This document shows positions 1-12,950 of a stretch of 64,000 nt of DNA, one piece after another (position 1 is the first letter of the stretch; every line of letters starts with the position of its first letter). The stretch is from Octopus vulgaris (lineage: Eukaryota), in contig OX597817.1 of the NCBI GenBank assembly GCA_951406725.2, positions 172,298,001 through 172,362,000 of the forward strand. Direction: 5' to 3'. The translations under genes were made by a program, and so were the position numbers. Under the pieces are notes generated by a model that had not been told where the DNA came from, did no database searches, and saw only the letters and a list, made by a program, of their open reading frames with translations.

Positions 1-47
<47 letters not shown>

Positions 48-48
<1 letters not shown>

Positions 49-884
49 TTACTGGACTAAACTAAACGCAAAAGAAATAGACAAAGAAAAATCCCAGCAA
101 TGGTTGAGAAGCTCAGGACTCGAAGCAGAGACAGAGGGATTTTTAATTGCAGCACAAGACCAAAGCCTCCCCACCAGAAATTACCAAAAACATGTAATGA
201 AAAGAAATATAACAAGTAACTGCAGAATATGTGGAGATGGACACGGAACAATAAATCATATTATATCTGGCTGCCCAGTCCTGGCTAAGAAAGAATATAT
301 TCACACACATGACAGAGTTGGAACCTACATACATTGGAAGCTATGCCAACATTATGGAATAACAACAGAAAAAAGATGGTATAGGCACACACCAGAAAAG
401 GTCACAGAAAACGAGAAAGCAACCATACTCTGGGATATGCCGATACACACAGATAGAGAAATTAAGGCCAACAGACCAGATATAGTTGTCAGAGATCATG
501 AAGAAAAAAAATGCTTTCTAATTGATGTATCAATAACGGCTGATGACAACGTGTCTCTAAAAGAAATGGAGAAACTTTCAAAATACAAAGACCTGGAAAT
601 AGAGGTAACTAGAATGTGGAATCTGAAAACAGAAACAATTCCTATCATAGTAGGTGCATTAGGTATGATAAAAAAATACCCAGACAAATACATAACAAAA
701 ACACCAGGACTTACAAACACATATAACATACAGAAAATTGCACTACTAGGCACTGCACACATTCCTCGCAGAACACTTTCCATACAATAACCATCAGAGC
801 ATCACTACAAATCACAGCACATACCCAAGGCACACAGAGCTGCGCTCGGTAGTGAAGTGAAAGCACGCTATAAAAATAAAACTA

Positions 885-887
<3 letters not shown>
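48..887 (+). mobile_element. 5'-truncated R4/Dong-like non-LTR retrotransposon 3' end (CCHC zinc knuckle + restriction-like endonuclease), inserted in (TAA)n
   Basis: ORF 104-790 has ETEGFLIAAQDQ, CRIC..TINHIISGC (CCHC), THDRV (RHD-like), NRPDIVV..IDV..KLSKYKDL (PD-(D/E)xK REL), IPIIVGALG and QKIALLGT; flanked by (TAA)n on both sides. Confidence 0.88.
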
Positions 888-981
<94 letters not shown>

Positions 982-1069
982 CTACTGAATAATAATAATG
1001 ATGATGATGATGATGATGATGATCATTATGAGAATTAAAAATTCCAATTATTATTATTATTAATATTTT

Positions 1070-1122
<53 letters not shown>

Positions 1123-1260
1123 TCATCAATATCCTCTTCCTCCTCATTACCACCATCATCATTATCATCATCATTATCATTATCATTGTTATTATTATTA
1201 TTAGTAGTAGTAGTATTAGTATTATTATTATCATTATTAGAATTATTATTATTATTATTA

Positions 1261-1307
<47 letters not shown>

Positions 1308-1342
1308 GTTATTATTATTATTATTATTGTTGTTGTTGTTAT
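888..1342. repeat. Compound trinucleotide microsatellite (AAT/GAT, then ATT/ACT/CAT)
   Basis: Directly visible. Confidence 0.95.
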
Positions 1343-1724
1343 TCAGTCAACCATGCTTCGAACGTCCCTCAGTCGGTCATTTATCCATTTTTTCTACTTA
1401 GTTATTTTATTAGCTTTATTCAATATTACTGTTTTTTATTAATATTACTATTATCATTATTTATAGCCATTATTTATAATAAGACAGACTGACGTCAGAG
1501 TCGCCAGGGAAGCAGGCAACCAAGCTATATGATACGGTGTTTGCTATTGTCGCAATTTCACAGGTAACAGGACGTCTGCTGACGTCATACAAACACAAAT
1601 GTCCGATCGCTGAAGGTGATAAGCCTTTCCGGTGACGGCCATCCACTCTTTCACATCAAAGTTGTAGACGTTATTAAGTGTCCCAACACTATGTTAGGTG
1701 CTCTGTATATACCTGTTGCATCTA

Positions 1725-1961
1725 TACACACACGCATATACATGCATACACATACACACACACACACATACAGAACACGCACACACACACACACAAGCGC
1801 ATGCATATACATATATACATACATGCATTCACATGTATATGTATACACACACACACACATATATATATATATGCACGTACAAATATATATATATTACCTA
1901 TAGATATAGTTATTTACACACATACATACAGGTACGCACACATATATATGTATGCGTGTAC

Positions 1962-2011
<50 letters not shown>

Positions 2012-2038
2012 GTATACAAATATACATATTTGTGCATG

Positions 2039-2078
<40 letters not shown>

Positions 2079-2119
2079 TTCGTGAATGTGTGTGCGTGGA
2101 TATGGGTATGTATGTATGC

Positions 2120-2186
<67 letters not shown>

Positions 2187-2312
2187 GGTATGTATGTATC
2201 TATATATATGTATGCATGTATGTATGTATGTATGTATGTATCTATGTATGTATGTATGTATGTATGTATGTATGTATGTATTTATCTATGTATCTATGTA
2301 TATATGTGTGTA
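1725..2312. repeat. (CA)n/(TA)n/(TATG)n low-complexity tract
   Basis: Directly visible. Confidence 0.95.
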
Positions 2313-2786
2313 TAAGGTTATTTTCTTTACACTGGCGATTTTGCGATTTATTTTGGGGCCTATTTATTTATTGTATTTAACAATCAATCCGAATGAACAA
2401 TATTGATAGTTCTTTTTTCCTTTTCTCTTTTCTTTTTTTTCTTCTCTTTTATTATGTTTAGCGTTATTTAACCGAAACTTGTTGTGTTCTGAAAACAAAT
2501 CGGGAAAAATCAAGAAATCGAGAAATCTGATCAACAATATATTACAGTAATTGTTTTATTTATAGGCAATTATATTTGGTCAGTTACGCACTTTATTTGT
2601 TTGTTCGCTGGTCTTTATGTGGTTTGGTGATTGCAGCCACTTGTATATGGATTTGCAACGTTTTCCTCTTCTTGGCTTTAATATCAAATTGAGGTCAGCA
2701 GTGGACGTTGCTCTGTTAGAGGAGAAGAGAAGACCGTTGGATAAATTTCTTACCGTATTTAGTTCAGTCACTTTAAACTGTGATTT

Positions 2787-3420
2787 CAAGTCATCTTTGC
2801 CAACAGGACCCACCGAATTAGAAGAATCGTTAGAGATTCGGATAAAATATTTTGTAATATTTAGTTTTTTCCCCCTTCGTTCCAAGTTCGAATCCTGTCG
2901 AAGTCATCTTTGCCTCTAGATCCAAATGATTGACATAATCATTAGAGATTTGGATAAATCATCGCGTAATATCTAGCTTTGTCCCATTACGTTCCAAGTT
3001 CGAATCCCGTCGAAGTCATCTTTGCCACTAGGGCCATGGAGCTGACAGAATCCATAGAAAGTCATGTAAAATTACTTGTAGCTGTTGGTTTTGTCTATTT
3101 ATGTACTAAGAACGAATACCACCGAAGTAAACTTTGACTTTTAGATCCAGTGGATTGACATAATCGGTAAAGCGTCGGGTAAATGGCAAAGCAGTATTAC
3201 TCCAAGGCTCTTAACTCTCTCAGTTCTACTCCTACCGAGATCATCTTTGTTTCTAAGTTCAGTGGATTGACAAGGCATGGGATAAAATGCTTTGTAGTAC
3301 ATAGCGCGATCCCCCAAGGGTTTCGTGTTCGAATCGTGCTTTTGGGGATGCTGGAATGGTGAGACCGGTAAGTGACACGATGCACTGTTTTCTATTCAAT
3401 TGCCGAGATTATCTTTGCAT
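2787..3420 (+). repeat. Diverged tandem array (~115-bp unit, about 5 units) of SINE tRNA-like heads
   Basis: Recurrent 'gttccaagttcgaatcc(t/c)gtcgaagtcatctttgcc' and 'gattgacataatc' blocks; they align with the head of the SINE at 29978 (gagctggcagaa..gagttcaaattccgccgag..gactttgcc). Confidence 0.65.
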
Positions 3421-3512
3421 ATATTCCTTCCTGAATGGATAAAATAATAACACGTGACACTGTGTTACAATAAAAATAACTTACTGCGCAATAAACTAAA
3501 TACATATATATG

Positions 3513-3578
<66 letters not shown>

Positions 3579-3617
3579 TATATATATATATATGTATATA
3601 TATATCAATTTGTGTTG

Positions 3618-3656
<39 letters not shown>

Positions 3657-4299
3657 ATTACAACAAGTACGCAGTATAAATGTGTGTGTGTGTTTATTAG
3701 GTAATAATGCATTAAAAAATGTGTATAAGATATAGGAAATTAGTGCTCATATCTGACCAGATACTTAGAATCTAACATTAAACGAAGGATGGCTGAACCC
3801 AGGCAAACAAGGATATGTTATAAACAACGTGACGGTTAAGCTAATGAAATTATAATAAAATAAAGACAGATACGGACTGTTGTTAATGACATAAAGCATT
3901 TATAAAATAGTTATACGGAAGTGAGTATAAATATATAAATAATTAGGCAGAAAATGAGAAAATTAAGAAAATGAGAGTTCATATTAATTCTTCATAGGTA
4001 TATATTCTAAATCTCTCTCACGAAGAGTCTGTCGTGATTTTAGGAGGAACTTCGCACTCTTCTGAACAGCCAAAGGGTGGCTGTCAACTTTTACTGACAT
4101 AGCTTCTTTAAAACGTTTATGGCTTTTGAGAGGGGGAGGTGTGCAGACTTCTGCGACAGTTTAGCCTCCTGCGAGGACGGGAGATGCCCTTATCTGGTTT
4201 GTTCAATTAGAGACGAGTTTTGCAGCAAGCTGAGTAGCAACAGAGGCGCAAAAGTGTAACATGGTGTTGAGTAGCTTTGCCCCCACCTCTGAGTAATGA

Positions 4300-6700
4300 A
4301 GTTGGGGACTCGCTGGTGGATCCTGCTGAACCATTTTCATATTCTTCCGTAAGGGAAGAGATACTAAGGAGGACTTCCAATTCAAGGCAAAATTAGTTTG
4401 CTACACTTTTCAATAACGATCAACTGACAGAAAACCTACTCAACGTCTTCGTAGAATGAAATCAACAAATAGAAGAGTCTTATCTTAAGGAAATTTCCTT
4501 TGGCAAGTTACCTCATAGTACTCAAACACTACTTTCAATTGGCAGATTTGGCAGATGGTATTATGGAATTATCATCTAGAGAGTCTGTAAATGCTTTGCC
4601 ATCCATTTCTTCAGAATTACATATGATGAAGGAAACTTACGAGAAACAATTTAAAGTATTAACAGACAAGATCGAAAGTCTTCAACTGGGAAAAGATAAA
4701 CGCTCTTATAATAGAAATAATGCAAGATGGCGTAGATGATTGAAAAGTTTCAAGAAAAACGCTAGAAAAATGAAACTAACTTTAAAGGATGATGAAATGA
4801 AGGCTTTTCAAAGCATAAAAGAAAAACTGTGTGTGCAACACTCTTAAACTATCCGGTTCCTGAAGCAAAATTATCGTTGGTAGTTGATGCTTCCGATGTT
4901 GGAATCGGTAGAGTTTTACAACAGTTTCATTGTGGTTCTTGGCAACCATTATCCTTCTTTTCAAAAGCATTCAAGCCACCAGAAACGAAATACAGTGTTT
5001 TCGGCAGAGAATTGTTGGCAGTTTACTTGTCAATTAAATACTTCAGACATCTTCCTGAAGGTAGGTCATTTACATTATTTACTGACCATAAACCATTTAC
5101 ACATGCACTAAAACTTCTTCTGAAAAATATTCTCCCAGAGAAATTAGACACCTTGATTATATTTCACAGTATACTGTGGATATACGGTATACCAAGGTTG
5201 TTGAAAATTCTGCATCTGATGCACTTTCTCGAATGAATGTTGATGCATTAAGTTTATTAAGCACTATCAATTTAGAAGAAATGTCTAAAGATCAAACTAC
5301 TGATAAAGAATTTTCTTTATATAAAAATTTCAGTTCTACTTATTTGAAATTCAAATTATTGCCTATTCATTCTTGTAAATTACATATTTGGTGTGATATT
5401 TCTACTGGTTTTTCTAGACCATTTGTGCCTGAAAGACATAGAAAAATTGTTTTTTCTATTTTTCATAAATTATCTCATCCTGGTATTGGAGCTTCATTAA
5501 AATTAATATCGAGTCGATTTGTTTGGCCTGGTATGAATAAGTATATTCGTTCTTGGGTTCAATCGTGTATGCAGAGTCAAAAAGCAAAAGTAAATCGTCA
5601 CATTAAAGCACCATTAGATACTTCTGCAAATCCTGATGCCAGATTCCAACACATTCATATTGACATAGTTGGACCATTACCTCCAGTGGAAGGTAATATT
5701 TATTTGTTAACATGCATAGATCGTTTTTTGCAATGGTCAGAAGCCACCCAATCAAAGAAATATCTGCAATAACTATAGCAAGACCTTTATTTACCAATAG
5801 GATGTCTAGAATCGACATTGACAATAGATTGTGGAAGACAACTTTGAGTCTACACTTTTTGCAGAATTTAACAAATTGTTGGAAATTCATAGAATTCGTA
5901 CAACTTCATATCATCACAATCTAACGGCATGATAGAAAGGTTTCATAGGCAGTTGAAATCTTCATTAAGAACTTATTCTGAATCTAGCGGTTGGTTAGAA
6001 GCTTTACCAGTGATATCGTTAGGAATCAGGAGTGCTGTTAAAGAAAGTTTACAATATTCTCCTGCTGAACTTTTGCACGGAACAACATTAACTTTAACTG
6101 GTCAAATATTTGAAGAAATCAATTCTTTTAATGAGGATATTAACAATTACGTAACCCGGCTCAAGAGATTTCTTTCTGATGATCCTTCTTTTACAAGTAA
6201 ATTACAAAATATTAAAAGTTTCGCTCCTTCTGATATTAATTCTTGGACTCATGTATTTGTACGTAATGATGCCAGCCATCACTCACTGAATTATAAATAC
6301 CCTGTACCTTTTAAAGTTTTGTCAATTAAAGATAAAACTCTGACTTTGGATATGCATGGTAAAAAAGAAATTGTCAGTTTAGACAGAGTTAAAAAAGCTT
6401 ATTTCGATCAGTCTTCATATCATGAAAATAAATATTTGAGCAACACATTTCAAAAGAAACTTGAAAGAGAAAAATTCACAAGACAGCAAACCTCAGTTGC
6501 GAAAAAGATCCACAAGTCAATTTTAAAATCACCTACAAGCGAAAAGAAAACTAGAAGGGGTAGAATTATACATTTTCCCAAAACACTTCTCAGTTTGTTT
6601 GAATATATTCCACATGAACTTTTATATTCCAAATAGGAAACATATAAAAGTAATGTTACACAAACAGTAACCAAACCGGCTATAAAAGTATTTTTAGAAA
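4300..6700 (+). mobile_element. Decayed Gypsy/Ty3 LTR retrotransposon (gag remnant, RNase H, integrase), frameshifted, RT largely deleted
   Basis: RNase H VVDASDVGIG..PLSFFSK..YSVFGRELLAVY (4829-5236); integrase zinc finger HKLSHPGI..CMQSQ; core HIDIVGPLP and IERFHRQLK; GPY/F-like YPVPFKV..VSLDRVK; RH-then-IN order is Gypsy. Confidence 0.9.
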
Positions 6701-7586
6701 AATTTCGTTAAAAAATACTCATTTTTCTAAAAGTTAAGAGAAATCAAAGCCAACAGATGTGAATTTTCCAAAACTCCTCACCTCACCTTCGGAATGTATT
6801 TCAGAGGGATCCTGATATAATCCTGATATAATCCCTCCTGAAGCGTATCTGTAGAAAATTTCATTGAAAAATATCTATTTTCCTTACAGTTATGAGGAAA
6901 CAAAATCGATTAAGGTAACAATGATGACTATAGCGATGATGGTGGCAGTAGCGATGGTGAAAGAGAAATCTCATTCAGCTTTCGAGAAGAATGAATATTT
7001 AAAGAAAGACGTCAATGCGAAGGTGGGTGGGTAGATACTAGACAAAAGAAAACAAAGAACAAAAGCAATAGTCTTTGTTGAAATTAATGAAGCGAATTCA
7101 AAATATACAATTTAAAAACCAAAAACGGAAGTGGGCTACAAAACGCGCCAAAAAAAATAACCAGACATTCAAGAAAGCAGAAATAAAAATATTTTTTAAA
7201 AAAAGGTATTGCTATAAAGTGACTGTAAAACAGTTCAATGAACTATTTCAATCAGGATGTTGCGTAAAATTAATAATGGGGGAAGATTCGTCAATTAAAC
7301 GGGTATGTTGTGATGTTGTTTACAACAGGAATAACGAGAGAAATGATATATATATACATATACACACATGTGTGCATGTATGTATATATATACATACACG
7401 CACACATACACACACACACACACATGTATATATGTTTATGTGTGTGCGTATGTATGTATATTTTTATCTGACTGTATGTATAAGTATATATACGTATCTA
7501 TGCATGTATATATATACAATACAAACAAGATAGATAAATTCGTATATATATATTTATATATTCGTATATATATATATATATAATTA

Positions 7587-7635
<49 letters not shown>

Positions 7636-7713
7636 ATATATATATCGTATATATATATATATAATAATATCATATATGTATGTATTAATATGTATATATA
7701 TATATATATATAT

Positions 7714-7833
7714 CACGGGACGGATCACGGGACCGACCAGACCATCAGATGTTGTTACACATCGCTGGTCACAATGCGTTCGCATTGTTTTAGCCTTCAA
7801 ATGACTCCACCCCGCTGGCTAAGCGAGCAGGCC
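7714..7833 (-). mobile_element. Short LINE 3'-end fragment (probably RTE-type) in (TA)n
   Basis: GC-richer 120-bp insert bounded by (TA)n; clade assignment is from general resemblance only. Confidence 0.4.
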
Positions 7834-7858
7834 AATATATATATACATATATATATAT

Positions 7859-7935
<77 letters not shown>

Positions 7936-8149
7936 ATGACGGAGGCGGAATGATACATCGTGATATGCATATTTTCTTTTATGTATAACAAATGAAATAA
8001 GAATGTAATTGCAAAATAAGTACGAAAACTGAAATTCAGGAAAAGAAAAGTGACATGTGTTTTGGCGATATGTTTTGTTCGCATATGGCTTTGCATTGCT
8101 TGTATTTTGAGGAATATCATATAGTAAGAAAAATGACAGATAGGAATAA

Positions 8150-8223
<74 letters not shown>

Positions 8224-8263
8224 TGATAGATGGATAGATAGATTGATAGATGGATACGTTAGT

Positions 8264-8305
<42 letters not shown>

Positions 8306-8341
8306 TCACACACATATGTATGTATGTATCAAAATATCCAT

Positions 8342-8382
<41 letters not shown>

Positions 8383-8677
8383 TATATATATATAAAAAAC
8401 AAATGGATGCATAGAAAGAACACAGCATAGGAAGTTCATCAGATGGAAAATGAATAAAGGACAACAAAGTATTTTTTAAAAATCAAAAGAAAGAAAGGAA
8501 TGAAGATTCGGTTAATTAACCATTTTAATGAATCACGTGATATGAAAAGAAGCGAAATGGTTCCGTCAATGAATCCCGCCTCCGTTGACCATAATTATAT
8601 TGTATTATGTATCACAGACTCATTTGCTTACAAATATAAACGCACATATATGCACACGCGTATACACGCACATATGA

Positions 8678-8781
<104 letters not shown>

Positions 8782-9162
8782 ATGTATGTATATATATATA
8801 CACACACACATACACTTGTGAAATTACAAGTATAAAAATAGAGCACTCTATTTGATTGCAGAGTAACACATGCATACATACATACATACATACATACATG
8901 CATACATACATACATACATACATATACATATACATGCATGTGTGTATATGTGTGAGTGGAGAATAAGAGAGGGAGAGTCATCAGTTGAGATCAAGAGATT
9001 CTCAATATAGAAAACAGTAGCACTCACATGATTTGAACTTACACTCCGAAACCTTTACGGAGCACCAAGTCCACAGAGTAAAGAGTGGCTATAAGAGAAA
9101 TATTGGTGAGCATTATGGAGACAATGATGCATATATGTAAATATTGTATTATATAAAGTTTA

Positions 9163-9205
<43 letters not shown>

Positions 9206-9209
<4 letters not shown>

Positions 9210-9297
9210 CAAATTATAAAAATCATAATATAAATTATTGAAATGGAGTGATTTTAATGATTTCAATAATTTATATTATGATTTCTATAATTGTATT
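9206..9297. repeat. Inverted repeat/hairpin with a 25-bp perfect core
   Basis: aaatcataatataaattattgaaat (9220-9244) / atttcaataatttatattatgattt (9260-9284), extendable outward with few mismatches. Confidence 0.85.
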
Positions 9298-9859
9298 CTT
9301 ATCTTATATGTATCGAATTATAATGTCTATATGTATGCTATTAAGATTCTCATTTTTGTTAAATGAATAAATAATTCAACATTCTAATATTCTGAAGCTG
9401 ATGAACCAACTAAATTGTTTCTCCATTTTCTTATTTGTATTAAAAATTAATGTTAAAATATTTATTTACCTTCACCCGTTTAATACAATAAATAAGTTAA
9501 TTGCATGGCAATTAAAAACATTTGTGTATTAAGAATTTGGGTATGATACCAACAGTATATTGGATAAATACTATCCCTTAGTGGGTTGGATCCATAACCC
9601 CTAACTTGTGATTGTTTTGATGAACAATTTTCTTTCATTAATATTAATAAGGCTGTCAGCATTTTTGACGACATGGGTATGCTAGTAGTTTCATAATGGT
9701 ATATGTATGCACATGCCTCATGGTTTTCCTTCTGTAAAGTTTTTTCATAACATGGTGGTTAGTTTCTAATTAAGGAATAAAGGTCCGTAATTAAAATTTT
9801 AAATAATACTAATTTACAGAGTCGCAGGAAAGTCTCATAAATTTTCGCTAACCTTTGCA

Positions 9860-10140
9860 ACCACATGGCTCCACATTTTATCCCACTGAGTGGCACCTTG
9901 GACAAATGTCTTCTCTACAGCCCTGGGCCGACCAAATGTGTGTCTTTGTACCTGTTTGTCTCCTACTTCCGTTTGACAATCGGTGTTACGTCCCCCAAAA
10001 CTTAGCAGTTCGGCATAAAGACCGATAGAATAAGTATTAGGCTAAAAATAAATAAGTACTGGAGTCGATTAATTCGACCAAAACCCTTTAAGGTGATACT
10101 CCAGCATGGCTGCAACCCACAGACTGAAACAAGTAAAAGG
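9860..10140 (+). mobile_element. Diverged SINE copy (family A)
   Basis: cccactgagtggcaccttggacaaatgtcttct ... agaccgatagaataagta ... ggtgatactccagcatggc..gactgaaacaagtaaaag, matching 16403-16820. Confidence 0.8.
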
Positions 10141-10234
10141 TAAATGGTAAGAAAAATAAAATAAAAGGTTTCATTTAGAAATTGAAATTGCAGCAAACGA
10201 GTTAAATGGGTTCCTTCCGGTGGAAGAGAAGCTA

Positions 10235-10480
10235 AGACTTTTCGTCAAACGTTTTTTCGTCCGACGTTTTTGGTTTTTTTTTTGGTTCAATGATTTTCTT
10301 TTTGTCCAACTATCAATTAAATTCTCAATGATTATTTGATTTTGATGTTCACCTTGTTTTCTAAAGAGTTTATTTAAAATTGGACAAAATGTCGTCGGAC
10401 AAAAAAAAAATCATCGGACCAAAAGACGTGGACTAAGTGAAGCCGGACAAAGTGACATCGGACGAAAGACGGGTCACGGT
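10235..10480. mobile_element. MITE/foldback-like element with inverted subterminal repeat arrays
   Basis: Left side has tttcgtc/ttttgtcc/gtccgac units; right side has ggacaaaa/tcggacaaa/tcggacgaaa units in the opposite orientation. Confidence 0.55.
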
Positions 10481-10983
10481 TGAAAATCCAAGTTAATTCC
10501 AACGATTATTCAAACATTGGTAATATAACAGATGTACCAATAATTACGGGTAGGAATGCAAATTTATCATCTGGATAGAGAAGTTATGGACGTTGAAGTA
10601 ATTGTTCATAAACTACTGTGTTCTTACCATGAATTCTACTCAATTATCGTCAGCGATGTTAACTCGTATCCGAGTAGCCAATGAGAGAACTTCTTCAATA
10701 CTAAATCCCAAATATATCAAACCTGTTGTAATTCTAGTTTGTAGAAGTTTTGATGGAAATGTTCCACCAATATTTATATATATATTCCCCCGACGGCAGT
10801 ACTTCCCACGAATGACACTATATATTTTCTTTTGCAGAGAATGTCATTATGCATTCTTCTATAAATGATATGTATTATGTATTCGTGTATAAATAAGCGT
10901 GTATAAACGATATATGCAGGTTTGTAAATATTTACGAACGCACACACACACATATATAGTATGTACCTATATGTATATATATA

Positions 10984-11350
10984 TAGCCACTCTGGCAAGC
11001 TATGCAGATGATACGAAAGTCTCACAGAAAATACAGAAACTCAGCCATATTGCACACCTGCAGCAAGAGTTGGACTCAATTTACAGATGGGCTGAGGATA
11101 ATAAAATACAGTTTCGATGAAAATTTTCAAAAACCTTTTCGAATATTTTGATGAAAATTTTCAAAGAACATTTTGAAAATTTTGATGAAAATTTTGAGCC
11201 TACCTCACGGCAAGAGGTGCAAATGAGGGTAGCTATATCAAACTCCATTCTTCATCGAGTGCCACATATTAGAGGAGGCTCCTAGTAATAACAGTGTAGC
11301 GCAAAACGGCGGTGCATCAGCATGGTCGCAGCTCTGAGCTGAAACTTTAA
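10984..11350 (+). mobile_element. Internally deleted CR1/L2-like LINE: RT YADD fragment plus ORF2 C-terminus and 3' tail
   Basis: ATLASYADDTKV..LQQELDSIYRWAEDNKIQF (10984-11120); 11200-11275 reads [21 protein letters not shown], followed by the tail ggcggtgcatcagcatggtcgcagctctgagctgaaac. Confidence 0.75.
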
Positions 11351-11431
11351 AAAAAAAGAAAATATATATATATACATATATATGTATATATATGTATATG
11401 TATATATGTATATCTATATATATGTATATGT

Positions 11432-11485
<54 letters not shown>

Positions 11486-11645
11486 TCACACACACAAATA
11501 TACGTATAAATATATAGATATATTTACATATATTTATAAATTGATGAAAATATATATTAATATATACACATATTTATATATATATATATATACGTAAATA
11601 AATAATATACGTATACATATATATATACATATCTATCTATCTATA

Positions 11646-11698
<53 letters not shown>

Positions 11699-12035
11699 AT
11701 GTGTGCATACGTATGTATTTATTAAAGTATGCATGCACGTGATACGTATGTAGAAAACAACATATATTTTACGCAAGTGCTTATTATCTGGATACCATTG
11801 CATATACAAGTACAACATTCTTTGTGTCGCAGTAATCTGATAAAAATTTATTGCTGCGAAGAAAACTATTGGAACAAGCATTATTGTGCAGTTAAGATGT
11901 CCTCTTTGTAGTCACGTGGTTCACAGTTCAGTGCCTCTCTTCGAGTGTAAGTAAGTACGTACCTTCAACTATAGATTCTGTGGTTCTCTGATATATTGTA
12001 AGTAGAATTTCGTGAACAGAAACTCTGCAGAAGCA

Positions 12036-12036
12036 A

Positions 12037-12069
<33 letters not shown>

Positions 12070-12094
12070 ACACACACGCCCATGCACACACATT

Positions 12095-12179
<85 letters not shown>

Positions 12180-12180
12180 T

Positions 12181-12218
<38 letters not shown>

Positions 12219-12247
12219 CAGATAGATAGACAGACAGACAGAAAGAC

Positions 12248-12329
<82 letters not shown>

Positions 12330-12343
12330 TCAGACAGACAGTC

Positions 12344-12382
<39 letters not shown>

Positions 12383-12465
12383 TAGATACATACATACATA
12401 CATACATACATACATACATACATACATACATACATACATGCATATATATATATATAAACACACAT
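12036..12465. repeat. (CA)n-(GATA)n-(GACA)n-(TACA)n compound microsatellite
   Basis: Directly visible. Confidence 0.95.
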
Positions 12466-12616
12466 CAGTAAAAAAAAACAGAATATAAACGGAAGCTGTG
12501 GGGAATTTGTGTCGGAAAGATTTGTATCGTTTGGAAAATGCAACTCTCGAAGTGCAGTGAAATTGCCATGGAGAATGGAAATAGGCAACGTTTTGGACAG
12601 AGTACTTCTTTAATGT

Positions 12617-12945
12617 AGGAGTACGAGTAGTTAAGAAATTCGCTTTGTAACCACGTTGTCTCAGGTTCAACCCCACTGCGTGACACATTGGGCATATGTA
12701 TTTCACGCAAGTCTAGAACTGATCAATTGATCAATAGCTTATGAAGGAAATTGATAGACGGAAACCGTGTTCTAGCCTGTCGTTTATATAAGAGCTTACC
12801 TGTCTCTATATATGTATGTTTATGAGTGTCTTTCTGTTTGTGTTTCTGCTCTTATCACTTGACACTTAGTATTGTTTTTTTTCATGTCCCCATTATCTAG
12901 CAGTTGGGTAAAAGAGACCGATAGAATATATACCAGATTTTTTAA
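12617..12945 (+). mobile_element. Old SINE copy (family A) interrupted by the mariner element; its tail resumes near 13705-13785
   Basis: ggttcaaccccactgcgtgacacattgggca ... agagaccgatagaat; the tail tcgactaa..aggcagtgaaccagtatagc..tgactgaaacaag follows the mariner ends. Confidence 0.7.
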
Positions 12946-12950
12946 AGAAA

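Noticed and set aside
2580-2919. Overlapping ~100-aa ORFs as a possible host exon
   Set aside because: No recognisable domain, and they overlap the SINE-head array
2787-3420. CRISPR-like repeat/spacer appearance
   Set aside because: Eukaryotic context, the spacers are homologous to each other, no cas genes
3740-4320. Possible Gypsy 5' LTR and tRNA-Pro-like primer binding site (ttggggactcg)
   Set aside because: No second LTR found and the PBS match is too degenerate to call
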